Assembly: GCA_002104905.1 (NCBI GenBank)
Contig: MCFE01000739.1
Span: 1 to 40,840 of the forward strand
Direction: 5' to 3'
Source: Basidiobolus meristosporus CBS 931.73
Lineage: Eukaryota > Fungi > Basidiobolomycota
DNA: 40,840 bases
Below are positions 26,567 through 37,976 of the stretch, piece after piece. How positions within the stretch are numbered: the stretch's first letter is position 1; each line of letters begins with the position of its first letter. The notes below the pieces were generated by a model. The model was not told the DNA's origin. It saw only the letters and a program-made list of their open reading frames with translations, and did no database searches. The translations under genes were made by a program, and so were the position numbers.

Positions 26567-26638
26567 ATTACAAGTACTTATTTATGAGTTTTGGCCTCAC
26601 CAATTCCCCTTTAACATTCATGCCCCTAATGCAGACGG

Positions 26639-27708
26639 TGTAGTGGGGTGACAGTGACACCCACTGACAGATTTACTCATCCCCTTATTTTCTACTTCTT
26701 TATATCTCTACTACACTTCTTTTAGTTTTATCCCATTTGTCTTACCCAATCAGTACTATCCCATAAGCCGGTTGACTATCACACCTGCTTACCTTAATGC
26801 ATTAGTTACCCATCACTTTATGTAAGATAACTAGCTATAAGTACTTCTATATTAGGCAAGTACCTGCGCCAGTACCCATGACACATGATCAACCCATGTC
26901 ACCATCCCTACCATTTCCATACCATAAATGATATCCCTATGTTACACAGGTTTCAGAATACTGATTCCTGATTAGTTGGATGTGCTGTGCCTTTTAGAAC
27001 CTTCCAGTACCTACTTGGAACATTCTTGGGTCATTCTGATGTCATTAAAATTTCTATTGATATCCTGAACCTTCTGGAACACCATGATTAGTAATTACTT
27101 AGCCAGTGAGAAAAGTATATAAGGGAGGCTATCCCTCAACAATAAATCATCATCCCTTTTATTAATATACCGGCTTGTTGATTAGTGTGATCACTGCTAC
27201 CTGCTGCTACCTGAACTTCCAACCCTAGACCACAGGACACTCCCAGGAAACCGCGCTGACAGCCATCTGACCTTGGAGGCACTACTTGTGAGGAATACTC
27301 AGAGTAGGTATTTTTATTATATTTGATTCTTTCCCAAGTTTGTTCTTGTACAGGCAAAGATACTTTTCTGTCTTTGTAACTATTGACCACAGCTGCATTC
27401 TTATCAAGTCCCTGCTGGTGGAGTTTAGAGTTGTTTTGACTTTGGAAGCTTTAGTACATTGTCATCTCAACGGATGCTGAACCCAGCACATACTTTTGTT
27501 AAGACGCCAACAAAGTTGGGGATTGTAGCTCAATAATTTTCCCTTGACAAGCTTGTGGCTTTATTCCCCTTCACATTAGATTAGAGACAGAACCCAAGTA
27601 TTGCCAGCAAGCTTTTACCAGAGGTTATCACACCCAGGGACCACCCCACACACAAAACACTTGAGAAGTGTTAGATGTATCTCTCCCTTGGACTTATACA
27701 CCATCACA
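26639..27708 (+). mobile_element. Solo LTR family B (1070 bp) inserted in the RT of the family-C Ty3 element
   Basis: TGTAGTG...CATCACA ends. TSD ACGG/ACAG (one CpG transition). Excision restores MQTVFQEY. TATATAAG then AATAAA at ~27115-27145. Confidence 0.92.
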
Positions 27709-29545
27709 ACAGTCTTCCAGGAATATTGAGACAAGTTTTATATAATCTACCTAGATGACATATTGATATACAGCAAGACAGAAGAGGATTACATGGTGCA
27801 CAATTAAAAGGTCTTGAAGAAGCTGAGAGAGAACAAACTATATGGCAAGCTAGCTAAGTGTGAGTTCATCAAGGAATATGTTGAATATCTGGGACACATA
27901 GTGACTAGCACAGGAGTGACTTTGGACCCTAAGAAGGATGAATTTATCAAGAATCTGACGCAGCCCCATGGCATATCAGAGCTCAGAACATTCCTTGGAA
28001 TGGTTCCCTATTATCAGAGATTTGTCAAGTCCCTTGCAAGTATTGCAGCCCCTTGAAGTGATATCCTCAAGAAAGAGAATACCTACAAGTGGGACATAGC
28101 TTGTGAGACTGCCTTCCATTGAAGGAACCTATAACCTTGTGAAAGCCAGAGCATGGTGGCCCAGAATGAGTCATGACATTGAAAAGCTAGTGAAAACATG
28201 CCCAAATTGCCAAATTGACCAATGCCAACCACAAAGAGTTGCTGAACTCTTTCCCCTGGAGCCTGTAAGACCATTTGAAAGATGGGGAATTGACTTTATT
28301 CAAATACTGCCAACTACCAGGAAGTGCAACCATTGGATCCTAGCAGCAATTGACTGTGCCACCAAATGGCCAGTGGCTAAAGCTGTACCAATAGCCAGTG
28401 AGCAAGAAGTTACAAGTTTCATCTACAATGAGACTCTTATGAAGTTTGGATGCCCTGTAGAGATTCTATCCAATAGAGGTGCAAGCTTTATGGCAAAGAC
28501 ATTGGAAGCTTACCTAGAAATGCAGCAGATCAAACACCTGAAAATCTTGGCATATTGCCCCAGAACTAATGGAGTCACTGAACAGCTTAATAAGTTATTT
28601 GGAAGAATGCTGACCAAGTATGCAAATGGAGTTGATGATAAATGGATCAGTACATACACCAAGCACTCTTTGCATGCAAAGTCAGAGTACACAACACCAC
28701 CCAAAAATTTCCATTTTACTTAGTGTATGGATGTGAACCAAGGATTCCAGGAGATATCACACAACCAAGGCTTACAGACACCTTAGTAGAAGAACTCAGT
28801 CAGCCAAGTAGACACCAGCAGCCAGAACAAAGATGTCAAGAGGCACAGACCAAAGTATCTCAAAGTGCGGAAAAGATGAAGCGGAGATCTGATAAGACTA
28901 TAGCACCAGAAGCATTGACAATTGGGAACATGGTATTGCTAAGAAACAACACTTGGAAGAAGTTTGAGCCACAATGGACAGGACCATTCAAGATCATCAG
29001 AGAATGTCCATTTGCAGCTTACCAATTAATGGACAAACATGGCAATATCCAGGAAGACTTAGTGCATAGGGACAGTCTCAAGCTTGCAAGACTTGCTGAT
29101 AATACTGAACCATCAAGATATTGTTATCACAAGAAAAGATATTCAGGAGAACCCTTTCAACTTTGGTAGGGGAGAATGATATGATCTACTGTTTGAATGT
29201 TTATGTTAGATCAGTTTTTAGTCAAACCAATCAGTCATATGCCTAGCTTATCAGTATATCAGTATTACCTATCAAATCAGTAGCACTAGTCAGCAAATGA
29301 ATCAGCAGATCCTTATCAGATGGAAATAGAGTTATTGAGTAGGAGCTTTTTGGGTGCAGATGATGCAATCAAATGAGTCTTCAGCCACAGCCTATATTAA
29401 GAAATACAAATAGTCACCAATTGATCTGGTAAAATGTATATTAGGAGCTGCGGGAACCCCAATAAAAATCAGTTCAAGTTTTAGTGAAACACTAGCTAAA
29501 CGCCCTATTCCTCTACCACTCTTATACCAAGACTAGTAACAGTAT

Positions 29546-30480
29546 ATTTATTGGCCATTGCCTCTTTTTCACACTGCTTACTTCCTGACTCACCCAATGC
29601 CCTTACTTTTCCTGCATATGAACTGGTGTATTTCTATTGCAACTACAGATGTAACTCATTTACTAACTATATAGGCCTATCAAAGTCCATATACACCAAC
29701 ATTATGCCCTACCCTACATCCAATAAGTAGATCTATTAAAACCCAACATTCAATATGTATTTCTGCAGTAATACCCTTTTACCATGGTATTGACAGAAAC
29801 CCTGCGGCTTTGAGCAACTGTTCATTGACTAGACTATGTCTGTTGTGGAAGCTCCACTCTGTGCTCAAAAGAGGATAAGGCTCAGGTATGAACAGTCTTT
29901 CTCTACAAGCCCCTATACCTCACTAACTAGCTGTGCATCCAACTATTGAGAAAACAGCTGTTATCATGTTGGTAATTCTTGTGACTATAATGGGATGCAG
30001 CCTGTTCTGGGCCAACAACAACGATTGGTGAGAACCACAACCTTTTTCTCACACTCCCCTGTCTTGTGCATTGTTATACTTTTCTCTCTTTACCTTTATT
30101 GTTATCACTGCCAGGTCTTTCAATGCTACTTTGATTGCGTATGTGTTGTATTGTACTACATATCTCCTTGATGAATGCTGCACTAGTAGATGTATTTTTG
30201 CTTGCTTATCCCTTACAGGCACTCTCACAGTAACCTAATGTTTCTTTGCTGTTTGTGATTAGCCTTGAGCTTGGCTTGTGATTGGCTCCTGAGATTGCTT
30301 CATGTTTTATTGTTGCACAGTCCTTCACTGCCACATTGACTGTGTGCTTCTTGTATTGAGCAACCTTTTTTCCCTGATAAATGCTACACGCATAAATTTG
30401 TACAGAAAATGTGGCAATTGTAAAAAGCCTCTCAGCCATGAAGCATACAGATAGCATGCAAGGTACTGCATGGTTCACAG
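29546..30480 (-). repeat. EnSpm-like element remnant (arm, ORF2 fragments and transposase 5' fragment; continues from 23390-23500 across the Ty3 insertion)
   Basis: Inverted match to 22565-22900. ORF2-like pieces at 29780-30400. 30420-30480 matches the transposase N-terminus. Confidence 0.65.
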
Positions 30481-31267
30481 CCAGTGTTTACTGCATAGGG
30501 CTTACTTGAGCATTAATCAGTTACTCATGGACCAACAAGGTCCCCATGGAAGATAACCATGTTGAACCCATCAAAGGTCTGTTTTGGTGGTGTATAAGTC
30601 CAAGGGAGAGTTATATCTAACACTTCTCAGATGTTTTTTGTGTGGGGTGTTCCTGGGGTTCAATAACCTCTGGCAAAAGCTTGCTAGAAATACTTGGGTT
30701 TTGTCTCTATTTTGATGTGATGAGGAATAAAGCCACAAGCTTGTTAATGGAAAGCTATTGAGCTACAATCCCCAACTTAATTGGCACCTTAACATAAGTA
30801 TTTGCCAGGGTTAGCATCCTTTGAGATCACAATGTACTAAAGCTTCCAATGCCAAAATAACCAAAAACTCCACCAGCAGTGACTTGATAAAAAAGCACCT
30901 GTGATCTGTTGCAATTTAAGAAGTCATTTGAATATAAGGAACTTATCAAGAATAGTGAAAATAGTTGAACTGTTGTTTGTTCATAAAGAAGCTTGTATTT
31001 ATACCTTTGTAGAAGTAATACAGCTGTAACACTAAGTAGGGAGGGTTTCTCAATATTCAGGAGCATTCTGTAACAGTTTCAGGGTCAGTACATAATGTTT
31101 GGTAATAGTGCTTATTTGATCCTGACTATAGGGGAATAATCATAAGATCATATATCTGGAGAAAGTGGCACAGTTATGGCAGTACATGAGACCTACGGTG
31201 ACTAAAACTAGTCTAGAATTGTTAAGTAGATTCTTAGCTGCTGAATGATACCAAATAGTCCAATATT

Positions 31268-34200
31268 TCAACACTCCCCCTCAACTAGATAATTTCTTAA
31301 TCCCAATTTCTCTCTAAGGATCTCAAACTGCGGCCTAGCTAGTGGTTTTGTCAATATGTCTGCCACCATTTTGTCAGTTGGGCAGTAAATTAACTCCACT
31401 AAGTTATTTTCTACAGCTTCCCTCACAAAGTGATGCTGCATATCAATGTGCTTAGTTCTGGCATGATTAGTAGGATTTCTAGCTAATGAAATACAGCTTT
31501 GATTATCCTTGTAAATACATGTTGGTTCACCTGAATTAAAATCCAAGTCTTTGAATAATTTTTGTAGCCATATAGCCTCCTTAGTTGCTTGACATGCAGT
31601 CATATATTTGGCTTCAGTCGTAGATAGTGCCACAGTTGGTTGTTTCTTCCAATTCCAAGTAATAGCTGCGCCAGCATAAAGAAATACATAGCCTGTGGTA
31701 GAGTGTCTGTCAATCAGATCCCTGCCCCAATCTGAATCACTATAACCATCAAACCTTTGCCTATTGGCTGCTCCAGAGTGTTCCAATACCATATTTATGG
31801 TACCTTGTAGATATCTGAAAATCCGCTTAACTGCTGCAATTTGATCTGATCCATAATTCTGCATGAATTGACTGACTATTCCAACTGCCACTGCAATATC
31901 TGGACGTGTAGACACCATCAAGTACATTAGGCTACCAACCATTGATTGATAGGGAAAGTTTTGATCCATATTTGAGCCGCTTTCATCTCTAACTGGCTGA
32001 GATTTGCTTAATTTCAGGTTTTTGTCCATAGGGGTTGCTGCAGGTTTGCAATTTTCTATTTTGAAGCATCTAAGAATGTCCCTTATGTACTTAGACTGAT
32101 TCAGCACAATTTTCTGTGTAGGTATGTTAAATTTGACCTCAATTCCAAGAAAATAGCTGAATTTTCCAAGATCTTCCAGCTCAAACTTGCTGAAGAGATC
32201 TGATTTTGTCTTTTTGAGTTCCTCTTGGTCACTTGTAGCTATAATTAGGTTGTCCACATAAAGAACTAGGATGATCACACCCTTTTTGAGCTGTTTCACA
32301 TATATACTGTGATCTGCAGTGCTACAAGAGAACCCAATTTCCTCTAGATATGTGTCAATCTTGTTATACCATGCTCTGGGTGCCTGCTTAAGCCCATACA
32401 ATGATTTTCCAAGTTTGCACACCTTATGGGCCTTTTGGATTGGTAAAACCTTCAGGTTGCTCCATATATATAGTTTCTTGCAAATCCCCATTTAGAAAGG
32501 CTGTTTTGACGTCCATTTGGTGTAGATCTAGACTCTGTACAGCTGCCAGGGCTAGAACTGTCCTAATAGAGTTAAACTTGGCAACCAGAGCAAATGTTTC
32601 CTTAAAGTCTAGTCCCTGGATCTGGGAATAGCCTTTAGCTACCAATCTAGCCTTGTACTTATCAACGGCACCATTTGAGGTTATCTTGATCTTGTAGACC
32701 CATCTACATCCTATTGGCTTTCTCCCATTTGGTATATCTCCCAGCTCCCACGTTTTTGCCTTGATCAGTGATTGGTACTACTCCTGCATGGCTTGTTGCC
32801 ACTTGATAGCATCTGGACTTTGCATTGCCTGTTCCAGATTCTGAGGTTTGGCACATAAGGCAAGATAAGCTTCTTCATGATCATTGGATGTCTGCCACCA
32901 GGATCCAGGGGCATTTCTTATTCTGGTAGATCTCCTAACTGGGATAATCTGTTCTGATCTGGAACTGGTAGAAGTATCTACTATGTCTGGCTGGATTTGG
33001 TATGTATCTTCTTCATTAGTGTTGATTGCATCATCAGGCAGCTGACCAATGATTTCTGTGGCTTTCTGATCTGAATTCTCCTCAAATACAACATCCCTGC
33101 TCTTGATCAGCTTCTGAATTTTGCCATCATACACTCTATACCCTTTAGTATCTTCACAATACCCAAGAAAGATCCCTTTCCTACTCTTTGATTCCAACTT
33201 TGAGTGTTTTTTGTCAGGGATGTGATAAAAAACATCACTGCCAAAGATCTTGAGATGCTGGAGATCTGGTTTTTTGCCTGTATATGCTTCAAAGGGTGTA
33301 GAATCACGTAGTGCTGTTGTTAGGCATCTGTTCTTGATGTATACAGCAGTAGCAACAGATTTGACCCAAAACTTGTAGTCCATTCCCTTATCATGTAGCA
33401 TAGATCTTCCCATCTCTACTATTGTTCTATTTGCACGTTCTGCTACTCCATTTTGCTGTGGAGTATGAGGAACTGTGGTCTGCTGAAGTATACTAGTAGA
33501 CAAGCAGTATATTGCAAACTGCTTTGAGCAGTATTCTCCTCCATTGTCACTTTGTAGTACCTTCAATTTACACCCAGTTTGTGTTTCTGCCATGTTCTTG
33601 AAGTGCTTAAACGTCTCTAAAGCTTCATCCTTTGTTTTGAGGAAGTACACTGATGTATATCTTGTCTTGTCATCAATAAAAGTCATAAAGTATCTCTTGG
33701 CTCCAAAGGACAGTGTTCTCATGGGGCCACATATGTCTGAGTGTACAATGGCCAATATTTCGGTGGTATTGATGCCTTCTGAGCTCTTAAAACATTGCCT
33801 AGCTTGTTTGCCATATGAACATCCCTTACAAACATTCAATTTGATCAGAATTGAGTATTTTGGGCCCAAAACAAGCTGATTTTTCACCAATTGGCTCATT
33901 TTCTGTTCCCCAATGTGTCCTAGCCTCCTATGCCACATCTCCCAGTTGGTTTCATCAGTTTCAGTAATGTTGACATACTCAGGTACAATGATCTTGCATT
34001 GTAACTTGTATATATTGTGATCTCTGATTCCCAAAGCTGATTTTTGTCCATTTTCACTCAATATTGAGCAGCTCAGTTTAGTAAAAACAAATTTCAGTCC
34101 CTGAGTAGTGGCTTTACTGACTGAGAGGAGGTTCTTAGCTATTCCAGGTACATAGAGTACGTCAGTCAGTTTTGCTGTTGTTGCCCCTGAGTATTCACTC

Positions 34201-35537
34201 ATATTTAGTTGTATAGACCCACTGGCGGTAGCTTCCAATGAAGAGTTATCTCCCAGATAAACCTTTCTTACGGGAATAGTCTTTAAGTTGCTGAGCCAAT
34301 CCTTTATACCACAAGTATGCTGTGATGCTCTAGAGTCAATATACCATTCATTACTTTGGTTACTTGCACTCTCTTGTACAGTTACAAATAACTGTTCATC
34401 AGTAGTTATATGGTTTGCCTACTCTAGTTTCTGTTTTTTGTCTGCTTGTTTCTTCTTGCATTCTCTTGCCCAGTGTCCTGGCTTTTTACAGTAGTTACAG
34501 CAGCCAGGTTTTCTTTGGTTTTGTTGCTTTCCCTTCTTTTCTGTGTGCCTTTCTGTACTGAATAAAGCATTATCTTCAATTTTCTCTGCTTGATCACTAC
34601 GTCTGAGTTCTTCATGGAGAAGTCTTCCTTTGACATAGTCTAAAGTCAAGTTGTCTTCTCTGCTTTCAAAAGCAAGTATGAGTGGCTCATACTTGTCTGG
34701 TAGGCTGCAATGCAGACAGAGTATCTTTTCTTCATCATCTATACCAGCATTAATACTGCAAAGTTCTTCTGCAAGTGTCTCCATTCTGGTAATGAGTTGT
34801 GGCATGTCATCATCTGGCTTCTTCCTCATGTTAAAGAGATTTTGTTTCAAATAAAGCTTGCTTAATACTGACTTTGCTCCAAAGATCTTCTCTAAGGATT
34901 CCCAGGCTGCTTTGGCAGTATTTGAGGCATGGATTTGTCCAATGAAGGAGCCTTGCACATTGATGCATATGGCATTAAAGTGTTGTAAAAATTTGTATTT
35001 CCACCTAAATATTCACCTAACTTAGTCACTCAGATCATTACCTTCAAATCCTAGAGAATACTGACCAAATTCCTTGTTGGGATTTACTTAGAATATTTTC
35101 ACCAAAATACCAGGTACCCAGAACATGAAAATTCTCAAAGTTGTCCAAACAGCCCCAAGCTTTGCACACATGTTCTTAGGACCTTTCTTAACCAATTCTA
35201 CGTGTTTGTAATGCTAAGATCAGGTAAAAGTATAAATACTACTTTTACATTCAATAAATCATTAAGTGAAAACCACATAATCTACTTGTTCTCCCAATCA
35301 CTTCCAAAATCTCCAAGACTCTTACAACATAAAGGCCTTTCTCTCCTTCTCTTGAAACTTCTCCTCATCTTCTGCTGTTCCTTTGTGCTCAACTTTCTTT
35401 CCTGTTACTATGTTCCAAAGCTTTCTTTCCTCAAGGTGGATCTGCATCTTAATTCTCCAAAGTCTGTAGTTCTTCCCATCAAACCTCTCCTTTTCAGGGA
35501 AGATGTTGGTATTGCTTTGTTTGCTGGTAGAAGTCAT
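31268..35537 (-). pseudogene. Copia gag-pol (gag, CCHC knuckle, protease, integrase, RT, RNase H) with stops, a frameshift and an LTR insertion
   Basis: FDGKNYRLW; CNYCKKPGHWAREC; WYIDS(R)AS; WHRRLGH, HSDICGP, SDNGGEY, PQQNGVAER; KARLVAKGY, MDVKTAFLNG, LYGLKQAPRAW, LYVDN; YSDSDW, STTEAKY, KHID. In-frame TAG at ~34419 and ~32778; frameshift at ~32450. Confidence 0.95.
34981..35329 (+). mobile_element. Solo LTR family D (349 bp) inserted in Copia gag
   Basis: Perfect 8-bp terminal inverted ends TGTTGTAA...TTACAACA. 5-bp TSD TAAAG. Excision restores gag KAFNAICINV. TATAAA and AATAAA motifs on plus. Confidence 0.92.
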
Positions 35538-35560
35538 CTTTAGAATAGATTAAGGCAATC

Positions 35561-35573
35561 AGGGCCCATAACT
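35561..35573 (-). promoter_or_regulatory. Copia PBS of the internal (half) tRNA-iMet type
   Basis: AGTTATGGGCCCT adjacent to the 5' LTR matches the GGTTATGGGCCC-type PBS known from Drosophila copia and relatives. Confidence 0.8.
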
Positions 35574-36169
35574 TGTTGCAATTTAAGAAGTGATTTGGAT
35601 ATAAGGAACTTATCAAGAAATAGTGATAATAGTTGAACTGTTGTTTATTCATAAAGAAGCTCAGTATTTATACCTTTGAAGAAGTAATACAGCTGTAACA
35701 CTAAGTAGGGAGGGTTTCTCAATATTCAGGAGCATTCTGTAACAGTATCAGGGTTAGTACATAATGTTTGGTAATATTGCTGATTTGATCCTGACTTTAG
35801 GGGAATAATCATAAGATCATATATCTGGAGAAAGTGGCAAAGTTAAGGCAGTAAATGAGTCCTACAGTGACTAAAACTAGTCTAGAATTGTTAAGTAAAT
35901 TCTTTGCTGCTGAATGATACCAAATAGTCCAATGTTTCAACATGATCAATGGTTACAAAGAGAGAAAAGTATCTTTGCCTGTACAAGTACAAACCTGGGT
36001 AAAAATGAAATATAATAAAAAAACCCACTCTGAATATTCCTCACAAGTAGTACCGGCAAGGTCAGTTGGCTGTCAGCATGGATTGCTGGGAGTGTCAGGT
36101 AGTTTGGGATTAAAAGTTCAGATAGCAGCACATCCCAGACACTCTATCATCTTGTACATTTGTGTACAA

Positions 36170-36870
36170 TGATTGACACTTGCCTCTTTTACACACTCCT
36201 TACTTTATGACTTAGCTAATTCTCTTACATTTCATGCATACAAATTGATCTGTGTCAATTGAAACGCAGTTGTATCTCAGTTGCCAATTACATTGACCTA
36301 TTCAAGCCCCTATGCCCAAAAATAATATTAAGACCAACCCCACATGCAACAAGTGACTCTATTAGAATCCAATAATCAATACAAACATCTATTTTACTGC
36401 CCTTTTTCCCTGTCTTGGTGGGAGCCCTGCAGCTTTTGGCCACTGTTCATTCACTGGTTCCCATATGCTCAGGTCTTCAGGCAGCACTTGGCTAAGCGCT
36501 GCAAGGTCTAGCACCTCATCTGCCAGTTTTTGCAATAAATCCTTGCAATGTTAAAGTCAGTTTTCTTGAGCACTACTTTTGAAAAAGTGCTGTAATGTTT
36601 TGTTGTGTCCATTAATATTTAAAGTTTCTCTGTAGGTATTGTGATAATTTTTTGAGGTCTTGATAATATTGCTTTGTCTATTGGTGGGATCTTCACTCTG
36701 TCCACAATGGACTATGTCAAGACAGTAATACACAAATTGCTTTTCTCTGCAAGCTCTTCTACCTCACAGGAGTGCATTGCAACTGCCTGTGCTTCCAACA
36801 TTTGATAAAACAACTGCCAGCACTCTCCTGGTAACCTGACATCTATTAGCTGCTTGCTTGAGCTTTTGAT
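36170..36870 (-). repeat. EnSpm-like element remnant (arm plus ORF2 3' end)
   Basis: 36420-36600 matches 6260-6420. 36170-36420 matches the arm at 29550-29770. Confidence 0.7.
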
Positions 36871-37179
36871 CCCTGCTTATGAAGGTGTGATGATGTAGAA
36901 GTACTCCTGGGAGAAGCTAAACAACTCAAGGGGTGTGAGGTCTCTGATAAGTGCAATAATATGTGGGTCAGAAATGCCGTTGTCTTTGTAACTATATCAA
37001 TTTGGTAAAAGCTCCTGCTTCTCTAGCTTCCCAGTTGCTCAAAGTGTCTTCAAAGGCCTTTGTGTGTCTTGTGCACCATCCTGAAAAACCCCTTGATGAC
37101 AGGTCTGAGGTTCAACTCTTAAAGGTAGGCATAGTGATCAACTGTTAATCAATAAGGGGAAAGTGTTACCAAAAGAAGG

Positions 37180-37470
37180 ATGGTGCTTTGATAAAGAATT
37201 GACTTCCCTTAAATACTCTTCCTAGCAGCTAAGTAACTACTAATAACAAGTCTCTAGAAGATTCCAGGCATTAACAGTATTCTTAACAACATCACCATGT
37301 GCTAAAAATACTCCAAGAAGGTCCTGCAAGGCTCTAAAAGGCACAGCACATCCAATCAATCAGGGAACAGTATTCTGAAACCTGTATAACATAGAGCTAC
37401 CTTATATTGTATTGAAATGGTAGGGGTGGTAACATAGTCTTAGGCCATGTGTCATGAGTACTGACTCAGA
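37180..37470 (-). repeat. Degenerate LTR-B internal fragment
   Basis: Similar to 4560-4850 (GGCACAGCACATCCAATCAATCAGG..ATTCTGAAACCTG). Confidence 0.6.
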
Positions 37471-37976
37471 TACTTTTGCAATGGCAATATTTATACTGAT
37501 CACAAAGCTGAATAACATCTGTAACTACTAATATTAATAACTAATCAGGGTAAACATCATATAAGATACTATCAATAATATGGGCAAGAAGAATAGGACA
37601 ATACTAATAAGATCAAATATGAAATAGTGCACCAAAATAGCTATATCAGTAAACTTGTCTGTAGGAGGTATACTACCCTACCACAATTATCACATGTTAC
37701 AATTATTGGACAAAGAGGCCAATTAAGCTACAAAGGAGGATCATTATAATGCATTTTTTTGGATGTTAACACCTAAAATAATTTTTTATCCAGAATAGTT
37801 TTTAAACAAGTGGGTCTCCAAATATACACTAAACAACAATATTCATTTTATTACATGAACCTGATATGTTATACCATTTAAACTGTAACAGCCTTAATGA
37901 AAAAATTAGATATGATTTGATATTAACATGTAAAACAAAAGGGCTTTACTCAACCTTAATAGCAAATTTTCAAAAT

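Larger units (their letters stand above)
24860..29169 (+). pseudogene. Ty3/gypsy pol remnant (protease, RT, integrase)
   Basis: Protease VIIDSE (DSG-like). [39 protein letters not shown]|YKYLFMSFGLTNSP, YLDD (~27750). Integrase WWPRM..CPNC, RWGIDF, PRTNG, WTGPF. No chromodomain before the PPT. Confidence 0.9.
23501..29541 (+). mobile_element. Ty3/gypsy LTR retrotransposon (family C), structurally complete but defective; two nested insertions; RNase H region deleted
   Basis: LTRs at 23501-23865 and 29177-29541. 4-bp TSD GTAT. PBS-like TTGATAGCAGC at 23866-23876. PPT AGGGGAGAA at 29168-29176. Domain order gag-PR-RT-INT. Confidence 0.93.
30907..35942 (-). mobile_element. Ty1/copia LTR retrotransposon, structurally complete, defective
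   Basis: LTRs at 30907-31273 and 35574-35942 (~94% identical by manual alignment). 5-bp TSD TGATC. PPT AGGGGGAG at 31274-31281 (minus). PBS AGTTATGGGCCCT at 35561-35573 (minus). Confidence 0.96.
30583..36135 (-). mobile_element. LTR family B fragment split by the Copia insertion (30583-30906 and 35948-36135)
   Basis: Both sides match LTR-B and rejoin across the TGATC TSD (compare 4285-4310). Confidence 0.85.

Noticed and set aside
34416-34424. In-frame TAG just after the Copia gag zinc knuckle, as a possible programmed gag-pol readthrough
   Set aside because: The context TAG-GCA-AAC is not the CARYYA leaky motif. A CAG>TAG change restoring E-Q-A-N is simpler, and the element has other disabling lesions.
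36880-37140. Possible minus-strand gag-like remnant
   Set aside because: The resemblance is too vague, with no adjoining PBS or LTR end.
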